NCBI RefSeq assembly: GCF_000737315.1
Contig: NZ_JMCB01000012.1
Coordinates: 124,001 to 188,000, forward strand
Length of the DNA stretch: 64,000 bases
Reading direction: 5' to 3'
Source: Hyalangium minutum
GTDB taxonomy: Bacteria > Myxococcota > Myxococcia > Myxococcales > Myxococcaceae
Shown: one piece after another, positions 17,519 to 27,614 of the stretch
Position numbering within the stretch: position 1 is the stretch's first letter
Layout of the letters: each line of letters opens with the position of its first letter
The notes under the pieces: generated by a model
Databases searched by the model: none
The model's input: only the letters and a program-made list of their open reading frames with translations
What the model was told of the DNA's origin: nothing
Position numbers and translations under genes: made by a program

Positions 17519-20185
17519 GTGCGCGTGCCGCAGTCCGATCCGAGGAATGGAGACCTCCCGGAGGTCCCCCGTCTCCCTCTGACGCTGCTGCGCGTGTGCC
17601 TTCCCTACTCCGAACGGGACGAGGTGATTGCCGAGCTGTCGGCTGAGTTCACTGCCCGGCACGTCCGGGAGGGCCGGCGGGCGGCGCGGGCGTGGCTGTG
17701 GCGGCAAGTGCTCGGGTCGGTACCGCCGCTGGCGCGGCGCACATTCTCTCGCGGCTGGACCGGCTTCGAGCCGGCCTCCAGCCGTCTCCGCCCAGGAGGG
17801 CCTCTGATGGAGAGCCTCATCATTGATCTGCGGTACGCGGCGCGGCGCCTGCGGTCCCGTCCCACCTATGCCCTGCTGGCGGTGCTCACCCTGGCGCTGG
17901 GCGTGGGCGGAACGGCGGCGGCGTTCGGGCTGGTGCGAGGCCTGCTGATGACGCCCCTGCCCTACGCCAACGAGGAGCGGCTGGGCCTGTTCTGGAATCC
18001 GGGGGACTGGTCCGAGCGGGAGTTCCTCCACCTGTCGCCCGACTGGTCCGGGTTCAGCGGTGTGGCGGCGTTCACGGTGAGGGACTTGCCGCTGCGGCGC
18101 GGCGCGGACTCGGCGCCCGAGCTGATCTCGGCCGTCAACACGACCGCTGGGCTCTTCGACGTGCTCGGAGTGCGTCCGGCGCTCGGCCGCGGCTTCGAGC
18201 CCAACGAGGACCGTCCGGGGGCCGCACCGGCAGTGGTCCTCAGCTACGCGCTCTTCGAGTCGCTCGGTGCGCAGCCGTCGCTGGTGGGGAGCACGGTGGA
18301 GCTCGATGGGACGACACACACGGTGGTGGGGGTGACGCCCAAGGGCTTCTGGTTCCCGGACCCCACGGTGCGCGCGTGGCGGGTGGAGCAACTGAACGAG
18401 GAGGATGGCTCGGGCAACTACGCGCTGGTGGGACGGCGCGCACCGGGGACGGAGGGGGCCGCGCTCGACCTGGCGCTGAAGCGGATGGCCTCGCGGCTCG
18501 GCGAGCGCTTCCAGTACCCGGCGCAGTGGGACAAGACGCGCGCGCCTGCGCTGACGCCCCTGCGAGAGCACCTGCTCGGACCGCTCCAGCTGCCGTTGCT
18601 GGCGACGCTCACGGCGATGGCAGTGCTGTTGCTCATCGCGTGCGCCAACGTCACGGCCCTGATGCTCGGGCAGGTGGACGCCCGTGCGACCGAGCTGGCG
18701 GTCCGGATGGCGCTGGGCGCGGATGGCCGGAGGATGACGCAGCAGTTGCTCGCGGAGGCGCTCCTGTTGGGGCTGTCGGCGGCGGGAGTGGGCGCGGTGA
18801 TTGCCGCGCAGGGCTTCCGGCTCCTTTCTTCGGCACTCCCACTCGGACCGCTGGCCGCACGGGGCTCACTGGACTGGGGGGTGTTCTTCGCCTCGCTGGT
18901 GCTGGCGCTCTTGGCGGCACTGGGGGTGGCGATGCTGCCGGCCTGGTCGCTGCGGAAGTCCCATCCTCAGCGTGCGCTGGGGAACGCGCGGACAGGCGGC
19001 ATTGGTGCGCGTGGAGGACGGACCGAGGGTGCGCTGGTGGTGGGACAGGTGGCGCTCGCGGTGCTACTGACGGCGGGAGCGGCGCTGCTCGTGCGCTCGG
19101 TGGCGAACCTGCGCGCCATCGATCCGGGCGTGGACACGGGCAGTGTGGCGGTGCTGGACGTGGTGATGGAGGCGAACGTCGCTCCCGAGGCGCGGCGGCG
19201 GATGCTGGCGGAGCTGGAGACGGGGCTCGCGGCAGTGCCAGGCGCTCGGGCGGCGGGAGTGACGCAGAAGCTGCCCCTGCGGGGCTCGGGTGACAGTTGG
19301 GGAATGGCACTGGAGGACAAGCCAGACCTTCCGCGCACCACCACCTATGTGCGGCTGGTAACGCCTGGGTATTTCGCGACGGCGGGGATCCAGCTGCTCG
19401 AGGGCCGTCTGCTGAGCACGGACGACCGCGAGGGCTCGGAGCTCGCAGTCGTCGTCAACCACGCGCTCGCCGCGAAGTACTTCCCGGGCGAGAGCCCACT
19501 GGGGCGGCGAATCGCCTCGGGGAGCGGCCAGTGGGCGCGAGTCGTCGGCGTGGTGGAGGACGTGGCGGAGGCGGGGCTCACGGATGGGCCAGTCCCGGCG
19601 CGGTACATGCTCTATGCTCAGCTGACGGACTACACGCCGACCCGGCACACGCTGGTGCTCCGCGCGCAGCCGGGCCACGATCCCGCGGCGCTGCTCGAGG
19701 ACGCTCGCCGCCAGCTGGCCGCTGTGGCGCCTTCCGTCGCCGTGCAGCGCACCACCACACTGGAGGCGGTGTTCGCGCAGGCAATCGGTCCCGCGCGGCA
19801 GGTGATGTCCGTGCTGGTGCTGCTCACGGCGCTCGCGGTGGTGCTGGGCGCGGTGGGTGTGTACGGCGTCACGGCGCACTTCGTCCGCCGGCGCCAGAGG
19901 GACCTGGGCATCCGCATCGCCCTGGGGCTGAGCCCGTCTCGCCTGATAGCGCAGGTGGTGGGCCGGGGCGGAGCGCTGGTGCTGACCGGAAGCGTGATCG
20001 GCACCATCGCGGCGCTCATCCTGGCGAGGCTGCTCTCCACCTTCCTATACGGCATCAGCGCGGTGGACCCGCTCTCACTGGCGGGAGCCACCCTGACGCT
20101 GCTGGCTGTCGGAGTGGCCGCAGCGCTGCTGCCCGCCTGGCGTGCCAGCCGCCTCGATCCGGCGGCCGTGTTCCGCGAGAGTTAG
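17519..20185 (+). CDS. ADOP-family duplicated ABC (MacB/FtsX-like) permease with N-terminal prefix domain
   Basis: DLRYAARRL..RP.YALLAVLTLALGVG, LLIACANV, ELAVRMALGA, second half VGQVALAVLL, DLGIRIALG. Start uncertain (17519/17525/17807). Confidence 0.9.
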   Translation: MRVPQSDPRNGDLPEVPRLPLTLLRVCLPYSERDEVIAELSAEFTARHVREGRRAARAWLWRQVLGSVPPLARRTFSRGWTGFEPASSRLRPGGPLMESLIIDLRYAARRLRSRPTYALLAVLTLALGVGGTAAAFGLVRGLLMTPLPYANEERLGLFWNPGDWSEREFLHLSPDWSGFSGVAAFTVRDLPLRRGADSAPELISAVNTTAGLFDVLGVRPALGRGFEPNEDRPGAAPAVVLSYALFESLGAQPSLVGSTVELDGTTHTVVGVTPKGFWFPDPTVRAWRVEQLNEEDGSGNYALVGRRAPGTEGAALDLALKRMASRLGERFQYPAQWDKTRAPALTPLREHLLGPLQLPLLATLTAMAVLLLIACANVTALMLGQVDARATELAVRMALGADGRRMTQQLLAEALLLGLSAAGVGAVIAAQGFRLLSSALPLGPLAARGSLDWGVFFASLVLALLAALGVAMLPAWSLRKSHPQRALGNARTGGIGARGGRTEGALVVGQVALAVLLTAGAALLVRSVANLRAIDPGVDTGSVAVLDVVMEANVAPEARRRMLAELETGLAAVPGARAAGVTQKLPLRGSGDSWGMALEDKPDLPRTTTYVRLVTPGYFATAGIQLLEGRLLSTDDREGSELAVVVNHALAAKYFPGESPLGRRIASGSGQWARVVGVVEDVAEAGLTDGPVPARYMLYAQLTDYTPTRHTLVLRAQPGHDPAALLEDARRQLAAVAPSVAVQRTTTLEAVFAQAIGPARQVMSVLVLLTALAVVLGAVGVYGVTAHFVRRRQRDLGIRIALGLSPSRLIAQVVGRGGALVLTGSVIGTIAALILARLLSTFLYGISAVDPLSLAGATLTLLAVGVAAALLPAWRASRLDPAAVFRES

Positions 20186-20230
20186 ACCGATGCCCTGAGC
20201 CAGGCCTGGGTGTGGTAGGCCGGGCCTGCC

Positions 20231-20947
20231 ATGCCTTCCACTCCCGCCCTCACGTCCATCGGCTTCGATGCCGACGACACGCTCTGGCAGAACGAGCACT
20301 TCTACCGGCTGACCGAGCAGCGCTTCACGGAGTTCCTCGCCGATCACGCCGAGCCCCACCACCTCTCCGCCCGGCTGCTCGAGGCCGAGAAGCGCAACCT
20401 CCAGCACTACGGCTTCGGCATCAAGGGCTTCACCCTCTCGATGATCGAGACGGCCATTGAGGTCACCGAGGGCCGCGTCCCCGCCTCCGTCATCCAGCAG
20501 ATCCTCCTCGCGGGCCGTGAGATGCACAGCCACCCGGTGGAGACCATGCCCCATGTCCGGGAGACCCTGGAGCAACTGGCCGGCTCCTACCGGATCATCC
20601 TCATCACCAAGGGAGACCTCTTCGACCAGGAGCGCAAGCTCGCCCAGTCCGGGCTCGGCGACCTGTTCAACGCGGTCGAGATCGTCAGTGACAAGACCGC
20701 GGCCACCTACCAGCGCATCTTCGCCCGCCACGGCGATGGTCCCGAGCGCAGCATGATGGTCGGCAACTCCCTGAAATCCGACGTCATCCCGGCCATCCAG
20801 GCCGGAAGCTGGGGCGTCTACGTGCCGCACACCCATACGTGGGCGCTCGAGCACGCCGAGGCTCCCCTCCACGAGCCTCGCTTCAAGCAGCTGGCCCACC
20901 TGGGAGAACTCCTCGGCGTGCTGGAGCAGTTCGGCGCGGCCCGCTGA
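20231..20947 (+). CDS. HAD-superfamily hydrolase
   Basis: FDADDTLW motif I, LITKGD, MVGNSLKSD motif IV. Confidence 0.9.
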   Translation: MPSTPALTSIGFDADDTLWQNEHFYRLTEQRFTEFLADHAEPHHLSARLLEAEKRNLQHYGFGIKGFTLSMIETAIEVTEGRVPASVIQQILLAGREMHSHPVETMPHVRETLEQLAGSYRIILITKGDLFDQERKLAQSGLGDLFNAVEIVSDKTAATYQRIFARHGDGPERSMMVGNSLKSDVIPAIQAGSWGVYVPHTHTWALEHAEAPLHEPRFKQLAHLGELLGVLEQFGAAR

Positions 20948-21022
20948 CCCCCGACACGACAGGACCGGCGCTCCAGTCATCCCAGAGCACCGGTCCCGTC
21001 ACCCCTCCCGGCAGTCAGGTCA

Positions 21023-21292
21023 TCAGACTCGGACGCGACGGCTGCGGCCAGCCATCCCCACCAGCAACAGCAACAACATCGAGCCGATCACCGAGAAGAT
21101 GAGCCCCGTCGGATGCAGGTCGAACACACGGCCATCCGTGTAGAACAGCGAAGCCACGAAGCCGCCCACGAACGAGCCGGCGATGCCCAGCAGCGTGGTC
21201 GCCAACAGCCCCATGGACTGATTCCCCGGCATGAGCGCGCGAGCAATCAGGCCCGCGATCAGACCAATCACCAGAAACGCGATGATACCCAT
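21023..21292 (-). CDS. GlsB/YeaQ/YmgE (transglycosylase-associated) small membrane protein
   Basis: IGLIAGLIARALMPG...LLGIAGSFVGG...SVIGS pattern; GGAGG RBS. Confidence 0.9.
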   Translation of the reverse strand: MGIIAFLVIGLIAGLIARALMPGNQSMGLLATTLLGIAGSFVGGFVASLFYTDGRVFDLHPTGLIFSVIGSMLLLLLVGMAGRSRRVRV

Positions 21293-21505
21293 GACTGCCT
21301 CCTTGAATGGAGAGCACCGCGGCGTGCGGCGCTGTTGGGAACCAAAGTGGTGTTCTCAGGCGCTGAGGACAACCTGCCGGCGAACCTTTGCATCGCGAGC
21401 GCTCCCCTGCCTGCCCGCTCTCCAGACGGCTGCCTGCTCGAGGCTCCCCAAAGAACGTTGAAAAGTGGGGGAAACGTCAGAGGGACGGGCTAGACAACCC
21501 TACCC

Positions 21506-22867
21506 ATGGCGAAGGCAAAGACGCACTACACCTGCCAGGCGTGCGGGTACCAAACGGCGAAGTGGCTCGGGAAGTGTCCGGACTGCGGCGCCTGGAGCTC
21601 GCTGCTGGAGGAAACCGAGTCAAAGGTGGACGAGAAGCGCCCGGCCTGGGGCGCCTCGGGCGGAGCCGCCAAGCCCGTGCTGCTCAAGGACGTGAGCGGT
21701 GAAGTGGAAGCCCGCCGCCGCACCGGCATCGCCGAGTTCGACCGCGTGCTGGGCGGCGGCGTGGTGGATGGCTCGCTGGTGCTGCTCGGAGGTGATCCCG
21801 GCATCGGCAAGTCCACGCTGCTGCTGGCGGCGCTGGACCGGCTCTCCCGCCATGGGCCCGTGCTCTACGTGTCCGGAGAGGAGAGCCTGCGGCAGACGAA
21901 GATGCGCGCCGAGCGGCTGCGCGTGGAGAGCCAGTTGCTGCATCTCTTCGCGGAGACGGACGCGAACCGGGTGCTGAGCGCGGCCGAGGCCCTCAAGCCC
22001 GCGGCGCTGGTGGTGGACTCCATCCAGACGATGTACCTGCCAGAGCTGGGCAACGCGCCGGGCAGCATCACCCAGGTGCGCGAGGTGGCCGGGAGGCTGA
22101 TGGCTTTCGCCAAGCGCTCGGGGGTGCCCACCTTCATCGTGGGCCATGTGACGAAGGAGGGCTCCATCGCGGGCCCGCGCGTGCTGGAACACATGGTGGA
22201 CACCGTCCTCTATTTCGAGGGCGAGCGGGGACACCCGTTCCGCATTCTCCGCGCGCACAAGAACCGCTTCGGCTCCACCAACGAGATCGGCGTCTTCGAG
22301 ATGAAGGGCCTGGGGCTGGTGGAGGTACCGGACCCGTCCGCCCTCTTCCTGGCGGAGCGGCCCGTGGGCAAGTCCGGCAGCGTGGTGACGTCCACGCTCA
22401 ATGGCACCCGGCCACTGCTGGTGGAAGTCCAAGCCCTGGTGGCGCCCACCGGCTACGGCACGGCGCGGCGCACGGCCATCGGCGTGGATGGCAACCGCGT
22501 GGCGCTGCTGGCGGCGGTGCTGGAGAAGAAGGAAGACATCCCCCTGGTGGGATGTGATCTGTTCGTCAACGTGGCAGGCGGCATGCAGCTGTCCGAGCCC
22601 GCGTGCGACCTGGCCGTGTGCGCGGCGCTCGTGTCCAGCCTGCAGAACCGTCCCATGGACCCGCACACGCTGGTGTTGGGAGAGGTAGGCCTGGCAGGCG
22701 AGGTGCGCGCGGTGGGTCAAGTGGAGCCCCGGCTCGCCGAGGCCGTGAAGATGGGCTTCCAACGCGTGGTGCTCCCCAGCGGCAGCGCGCGGCGGCTGGA
22801 AGAGAAGAAGCTCCAAGTGGTGCCCGTGGAGACACTCAGCGAGGCCTTGCGCGCGCTGTTCGACTGA
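21506..22867 (+). CDS. radA: DNA repair protein RadA/Sms
   Basis: C4 zinc finger (CQACG..CPDCG), GDPGIGKST Walker A, KNRFG motif, Lon-like C-domain. Confidence 0.97.
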   Translation: MAKAKTHYTCQACGYQTAKWLGKCPDCGAWSSLLEETESKVDEKRPAWGASGGAAKPVLLKDVSGEVEARRRTGIAEFDRVLGGGVVDGSLVLLGGDPGIGKSTLLLAALDRLSRHGPVLYVSGEESLRQTKMRAERLRVESQLLHLFAETDANRVLSAAEALKPAALVVDSIQTMYLPELGNAPGSITQVREVAGRLMAFAKRSGVPTFIVGHVTKEGSIAGPRVLEHMVDTVLYFEGERGHPFRILRAHKNRFGSTNEIGVFEMKGLGLVEVPDPSALFLAERPVGKSGSVVTSTLNGTRPLLVEVQALVAPTGYGTARRTAIGVDGNRVALLAAVLEKKEDIPLVGCDLFVNVAGGMQLSEPACDLAVCAALVSSLQNRPMDPHTLVLGEVGLAGEVRAVGQVEPRLAEAVKMGFQRVVLPSGSARRLEEKKLQVVPVETLSEALRALFD

Positions 22868-22920
22868 AGCGCCCGGAAACGACCGGACGCAGCCTCCCCC
22901 CGGACACGTCGCTCCTCCTC

Positions 22921-25026
22921 CTACGCGAGGTTCTCCGACGGGCCCGGCATGACGGGGGCCTCGGGAAGAGGCGCCAGCAGGCCCTTGGCCGCCTCCACGG
23001 CGTCGTGCGTCCCCGCCAGGGCCAGCACATCCCCCGGCTTGAGCACCTCTCCAGCCGTGGGGACGGAGACGTTCTCCCCTCCTCGATGGATGGCGAGCAC
23101 AGTCGCTCCCGTCAAGCCTCGCAGGTTCAGCTCCGCGAGGCTCTTTCCCACCGCGGGGCTCGCCTCCTCCAGCCGCACTGGCGTGGGCGTCCCAAGGCCG
23201 GGCAGCAGCACCTGCACCTTCTCCAGGGCCGGAGCGGAGTGCTCCGTCCCCGGAGCCTTCGCGTGGGACTGCGCGGCGAGCGCCTCCACGATGACTTGCG
23301 CCCCTGCCCGCACGTGTCCGTGCAGGTTCGTGGTGCTGCGCCAGAGCGCCACGCCCAGCACGCCGAGGAGCCCCAGCACGATGAGTGGCCCGGTGTAGCC
23401 CCGGAGGAACGGCTGCGTGAACGCGACGACGGGCGCGCCCACCAGGAGCACGATGATGACCTGCAGCGTGAGGACGAGCACCCGCCGGGGAGCCGCCGCC
23501 AGATCGGTCTTTCCCTCCGCCCGCAACGGGAGCGCCACCGCCGCCAGCTCTCCCGCGAGCCGCCGTGCCACCCGGACAATCCCCACGAGGAACGGCAGCG
23601 CCAGAATGACCGCTCCGGCGATGACGAGCTTCTCCGCCAGTGACTCACTGAGTCCCACTTGCTCCTCGACGCGATGGGTGATCTTCCCCAGCGCCAGTGA
23701 GGTTCCAATCACCAGCCCGACCAGGAGCGCCGCGTCGACGAGCAGCAGGCCGATGTTCCGCCGAACGCTGGAGCCGAGCGTCTGCTTCCGAGGGGCCTCG
23801 CGGAGCTGCTCGAGCCAACTCCCATAGAGCGCCACGAAGGTCTGAAGCGGCTTGGGCAGCTTGCGGTCCACCCAGTTCGCCGCAGGCCCCGAGGCGCGGA
23901 TGAACATGGGCGTCGTCAACGTGGTGATGGCGGAGACCGCCACCGCGATGGGGTAGATAAAATCCCCGGTCGCCTTCAGCGACAGGCCCAGGCTGGCGAT
24001 GATGAAGGAGAACTCGCCGATCTGCGCGAGGCTCATCCCGGCTTGCACGGAAGTACGGGTGCCATTGCCTGTGAGGAAAGCCCCAAGGGTGACGCTGACG
24101 ATCTTCCCCAGGATGACCACGACCGTGAATGCCACGATGGCCACCCAGTAGCGCCCGATGATCGCCGGGTCGATCATCATGCCCACCGAGACGAAGAAGA
24201 TGGCCGCGAACACGTCCCGCACCGGCTGAATGAGGTGCTCCACCTCCTTCTCCTCGCCGGACTCGGCCACCAGCGAGCCCGCCAGGAACGCCCCCAGCGC
24301 CACCGAGTAGCCGAACGCCTGCGCCAGCAGCGCGATCGCGAAGCACAGCCCCACGCTCGCCACGAGCGTCGTCTCCGGCCGGTTGAGCTTGACCACCGCG
24401 CGGATGATTCGAGGGACGATCAGCAGCCCCACGGCGACCAGCCCCACCAGGAACGCCGCCAGCTTCCCCAGGGTGAGGGCCAGATCTCCGGCCGACAGGC
24501 CGCTCCCTGTGGAGATACCCGTGAGCAGCGCCATGAGGAGAATCGCGATGAGGTCCTCGACGATGAGCACACCGACGACGAGCTCGCGCAGCCTCCCGCG
24601 GATCTTCTGCTCATCGAAGGCCTTGGCGATGATCGTCGTACTGGAGATGGCGATGAGCGCCCCCGCGAAGATGCTCTCGAGGGACGTCCACCCAAAGGCT
24701 CGGCCCAGCACGAAGCCCAGCCACACCATGATGCTGCACTGGATGACGGCCGTGAGCCCCGCGGTGGGTCCCACCGCGAACAGCTTGCGCAGGCTGAATT
24801 CCAGCCCTAGCGAAAACATCAGGAGGATGACGCCCAGCTCTGACAGCGTCTGGACGATGCCCGTGTCCGCGACCAGCGGAATGGGGAGATAGGGACCAAC
24901 GATGAGGCCCGCCAGGATGTACCCGAGCACCACCGGCTGGCGCAGCCGCTGGAACAACACCGTGGTGACCGCAGCGACGCACATCACCAACGCGATGGCC
25001 TTCAGAAGATCATGGGCGCCGTGCAT
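22921..25026 (-). CDS. CPA2-family cation/H+ antiporter with C-terminal TrkA-C
   Basis: ELGVILLMFSLGLEFS, ISSTTIIAK, LIVEDL, ALGAFLAG, QIGEFSF; RCK_C tail. Confidence 0.9.
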   Translation of the reverse strand: MHGAHDLLKAIALVMCVAAVTTVLFQRLRQPVVLGYILAGLIVGPYLPIPLVADTGIVQTLSELGVILLMFSLGLEFSLRKLFAVGPTAGLTAVIQCSIMVWLGFVLGRAFGWTSLESIFAGALIAISSTTIIAKAFDEQKIRGRLRELVVGVLIVEDLIAILLMALLTGISTGSGLSAGDLALTLGKLAAFLVGLVAVGLLIVPRIIRAVVKLNRPETTLVASVGLCFAIALLAQAFGYSVALGAFLAGSLVAESGEEKEVEHLIQPVRDVFAAIFFVSVGMMIDPAIIGRYWVAIVAFTVVVILGKIVSVTLGAFLTGNGTRTSVQAGMSLAQIGEFSFIIASLGLSLKATGDFIYPIAVAVSAITTLTTPMFIRASGPAANWVDRKLPKPLQTFVALYGSWLEQLREAPRKQTLGSSVRRNIGLLLVDAALLVGLVIGTSLALGKITHRVEEQVGLSESLAEKLVIAGAVILALPFLVGIVRVARRLAGELAAVALPLRAEGKTDLAAAPRRVLVLTLQVIIVLLVGAPVVAFTQPFLRGYTGPLIVLGLLGVLGVALWRSTTNLHGHVRAGAQVIVEALAAQSHAKAPGTEHSAPALEKVQVLLPGLGTPTPVRLEEASPAVGKSLAELNLRGLTGATVLAIHRGGENVSVPTAGEVLKPGDVLALAGTHDAVEAAKGLLAPLPEAPVMPGPSENLA

Positions 25027-25128
25027 GAGCGCACCTCCAAGAGAGAGAGTAAGGATGCGGCGAGGCCCGTGCCTCGCCCAGGCCTGCTACGCCGGGCGAG
25101 GCGCGCTCCAACGGCCCGCTGAAGCAAC

Positions 25129-25332
25129 TCAGCTACAGGCTTCGAAGATCACCGCCGCAAGGACGATCACGGAGCAGCCGATGACGGCGGCTCCCATCCG
25201 CCCCCACTGGATGCGATTGGCTCCTCCGAGCTGGGGGAGTTCTTCTTCGGGGATTTCGGGACGCAGAGAAGACACGACAGGTTCAGGGTTCTGCAAGTGA
25301 GAGGTCCTTCCGCGCCAGATGCGCGGATCCAA
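25129..25332 (-). CDS. Possible small single-pass membrane protein (67 aa)
   Basis: ORF with C-terminal hydrophobic helix (MGAAVIGCSVIVLAAVIF); no family recognised. Confidence 0.4.
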   Translation of the reverse strand: MDPRIWRGRTSHLQNPEPVVSSLRPEIPEEELPQLGGANRIQWGRMGAAVIGCSVIVLAAVIFEACS

Positions 25333-25433
25333 AGGTGGGTGAATGGCCCAGCAGCACAGGGCTCGAGCGAGCGCCGCGTCTGGAGGCCGGACGAGGAGCG
25401 CGGCCCTCCAAGGGCCGCCCCCTCAGCAGCACC

Positions 25434-25940
25434 TCAACCGCGAGCGGGAGGGCCGCGCAGGGGCCGTGTGACGATCTGAGGGCGATCCGCGGTATGGCTG
25501 GCGGCCCCCGGCTCGGATGCGTCTCGCATCCGGTGAGTCCACGCCAGGATGATGGCGTCCTGGCGCTGGCGGATCAGCCGGACCAGCGACTGCGCATCGG
25601 GCAGGAGCCTCGCGCGCCCCCGGCTCGACGCCAGCTGCGCGTGCAGCTGAACCGCGGGGGACGCACTCGTGAGGGCAGCCCACTCCTGAGGCGCTTCGGC
25701 CTTGGGCTGCATGCACGGCTGCTGGGCAAGCATCCCCGGGCCAGGCAGCGTCCCTTGAGTGACCTTCACGCACCGGGCGGGCTCACGGCCGTGCGCGATT
25801 CGCGTGGGCGTAGGCTCCGACAGCCCTGCCCCCCATGTGGTCAGGACGAGCGCCAGCAGCGCCGGCCCCACGAGGAGCACCAGCCGGAGCGGCTCTCGCC
25901 CCTGAATGGGCAGCCGTGCTGTGCGCGCTCCCGAGTACAT
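25434..25940 (-). other. Uncertain ORF or remnant with a short RsbRD-N-like segment
   Basis: SLVRLIRQRQDAIILAWTHRMRD resembles RsbRD_N-type helices; the rest is low complexity and the start is uncertain. Confidence 0.3.
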
Positions 25941-26024
25941 GGCCCTCCTCAGGTACTACGTGGCTCCGTTCCAAGTAAAGGGAACCTGCGGCCAAATCGC
26001 ATGCCTGGGGCAACACCTCGCGCG

Positions 26025-27500
26025 CTACTCGTCCTCCCGCTGGCCAAACATCAGGCGCAGAAAGGGCAGATCCTCCGTGCGCGAGAACACGTAGACGTGG
26101 TCCCCCGGCTTGAGGACCGTGTCGCCCTTGGGAGCCAGCAGCTCCAGGCCTCGTACGATGAGCATCGCGGCGGACTCGGGCGGAAACGGCAGCTCCGAGA
26201 TGCGTGCCCCCGCCGAGGCCGAGGCCGAGTCGATATAGAAAGCGCTCAGCTCGCCATTGAGCAGCTGGGTGGAGGCGATCTCCAGCACGGCGGGCGGAGG
26301 CTCGGGCACGTTCGCCGCCAGCCCCAGCTTGCGCGTCACCCACGGCACCGTCATCCCAGGGATGAAGCCGTTCACCACGACGATGAAGAACACGACGTTG
26401 AAGAGGACATGCGCCCCGGGAGCCCCCGCCAGCACCGGGTAGGTCGCCAGGATGATGGGCACCGCGCCTCGCAGACCCACCCACCCCGTGTAGACGATCT
26501 CCCCCGCCGGGAAGCGGAAGGGCAGCAGGCACAGCAGCACCGACAGCGGCCGGGCAATGAAGGCCAGGAAGAGGCTCAGCCCCAGCCCCACCCACGCCAC
26601 GTCCAGCAGCTCCCGGGGATACACGAGCAGCCCCAGCACCAGGAACATGGCCACCTGCGCCAGCCACGCCAGCGCGTCATGCACTCGCAGCAGGCCCGTG
26701 CGGTAGCGCAGGGTCTCGTTCCCCAGCACCACACCCACCGCGTACACGGCCAGAAAGCCGCTGCCTTGGAAGAGCGTGGGCAACCCGAACGCCAGGAAGG
26801 CCAGCGCCAGTGTCATCACCGGGTAGAGCCCCGCCACCTGGAGCCGCAGGCGCTTGATGAGGAGCCGGCCTCCCACCCCCAGCCCCAGTCCCAGCGCGCC
26901 GCCCACGGCCATCTGCACCATCGACTCCAGCAGCAACGCCCACCCGTTCAGCTCCTCGCCTCGCGCCAGGTTCTGCGTGAGCGCCACGGTGAGGATCACG
27001 GCCATCGGGTCATTGAGACCGGACTCCAGCTCGAGCGTCGTCCCCACGCGCCGCTTGAGGTGCAGCCCGCTCCCGCGCAGCACCGAGAAGACGGCCGCCG
27101 CATCCGTGGAGGAGACGATGGCCCCCAGCAGCAAGGCCGTGGTCCACTCGAAGCCAAACAGCCAGTGCGCCGCGAGCGCCATGAGCGCCGCCGTGCCCAC
27201 CACCCCCACGGTGGCCAGCACCGAGGCCGGGCGGATGGCCGCGCGGACGGCGGACAGCGGCGTGTTGAGCCCACCGTCGAAGAGGATGAGGACGAGCGCC
27301 ACCGTGCCCAGCCGGAAGGCGGAGCCGTAATCGTTGAACGCGATCCCCCCCGGGCCGTCCGAGCCCGCCACCATCCCAATGCCCAGGAACAGCATCGCCA
27401 CCGGCAGCCCGGAACGGCCCGAGGCCCGGCTCAGAAGGACGCTCACCAGCATCAGTACGCCCGCGATGGCGAGGAGAAAGGCAGTGCGCAGAGGCTCCAT
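26025..27500 (-). CDS. cvrA: K+/H+ antiporter, NhaP2/CvrA type
   Basis: ILFDGGL, SSTDAAAVFS, ELESGLNDP, GSGFLAVY, WVGLRGAVPI, TrkA-C tail. Confidence 0.88.
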   Translation of the reverse strand: MEPLRTAFLLAIAGVLMLVSVLLSRASGRSGLPVAMLFLGIGMVAGSDGPGGIAFNDYGSAFRLGTVALVLILFDGGLNTPLSAVRAAIRPASVLATVGVVGTAALMALAAHWLFGFEWTTALLLGAIVSSTDAAAVFSVLRGSGLHLKRRVGTTLELESGLNDPMAVILTVALTQNLARGEELNGWALLLESMVQMAVGGALGLGLGVGGRLLIKRLRLQVAGLYPVMTLALAFLAFGLPTLFQGSGFLAVYAVGVVLGNETLRYRTGLLRVHDALAWLAQVAMFLVLGLLVYPRELLDVAWVGLGLSLFLAFIARPLSVLLCLLPFRFPAGEIVYTGWVGLRGAVPIILATYPVLAGAPGAHVLFNVVFFIVVVNGFIPGMTVPWVTRKLGLAANVPEPPPAVLEIASTQLLNGELSAFYIDSASASAGARISELPFPPESAAMLIVRGLELLAPKGDTVLKPGDHVYVFSRTEDLPFLRLMFGQREDE

Positions 27501-27614
27501 CGAAGCTCGGAACTCCAGGGCGGGCAGACCAGGACGCAGCGCGCCAGGCCCCCACTCTACTCGACCGGCGCTGCCGGATTGTCCACAGCCTCACGCCTGT
27601 GCAATGAGGAGAAT

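Noticed and set aside
16043-20185. 1380-aa ORF from the ORF track
   Set aside because: The first ~490 aa are the antisense shadow of bioB and the P450; only the part from about 17519 is the real permease.
27579-27587. TTGTCCACA DnaA-box-like 9-mer
   Set aside because: It is a single copy with no DUE or dnaA/dnaN context, so there is no support for an origin.
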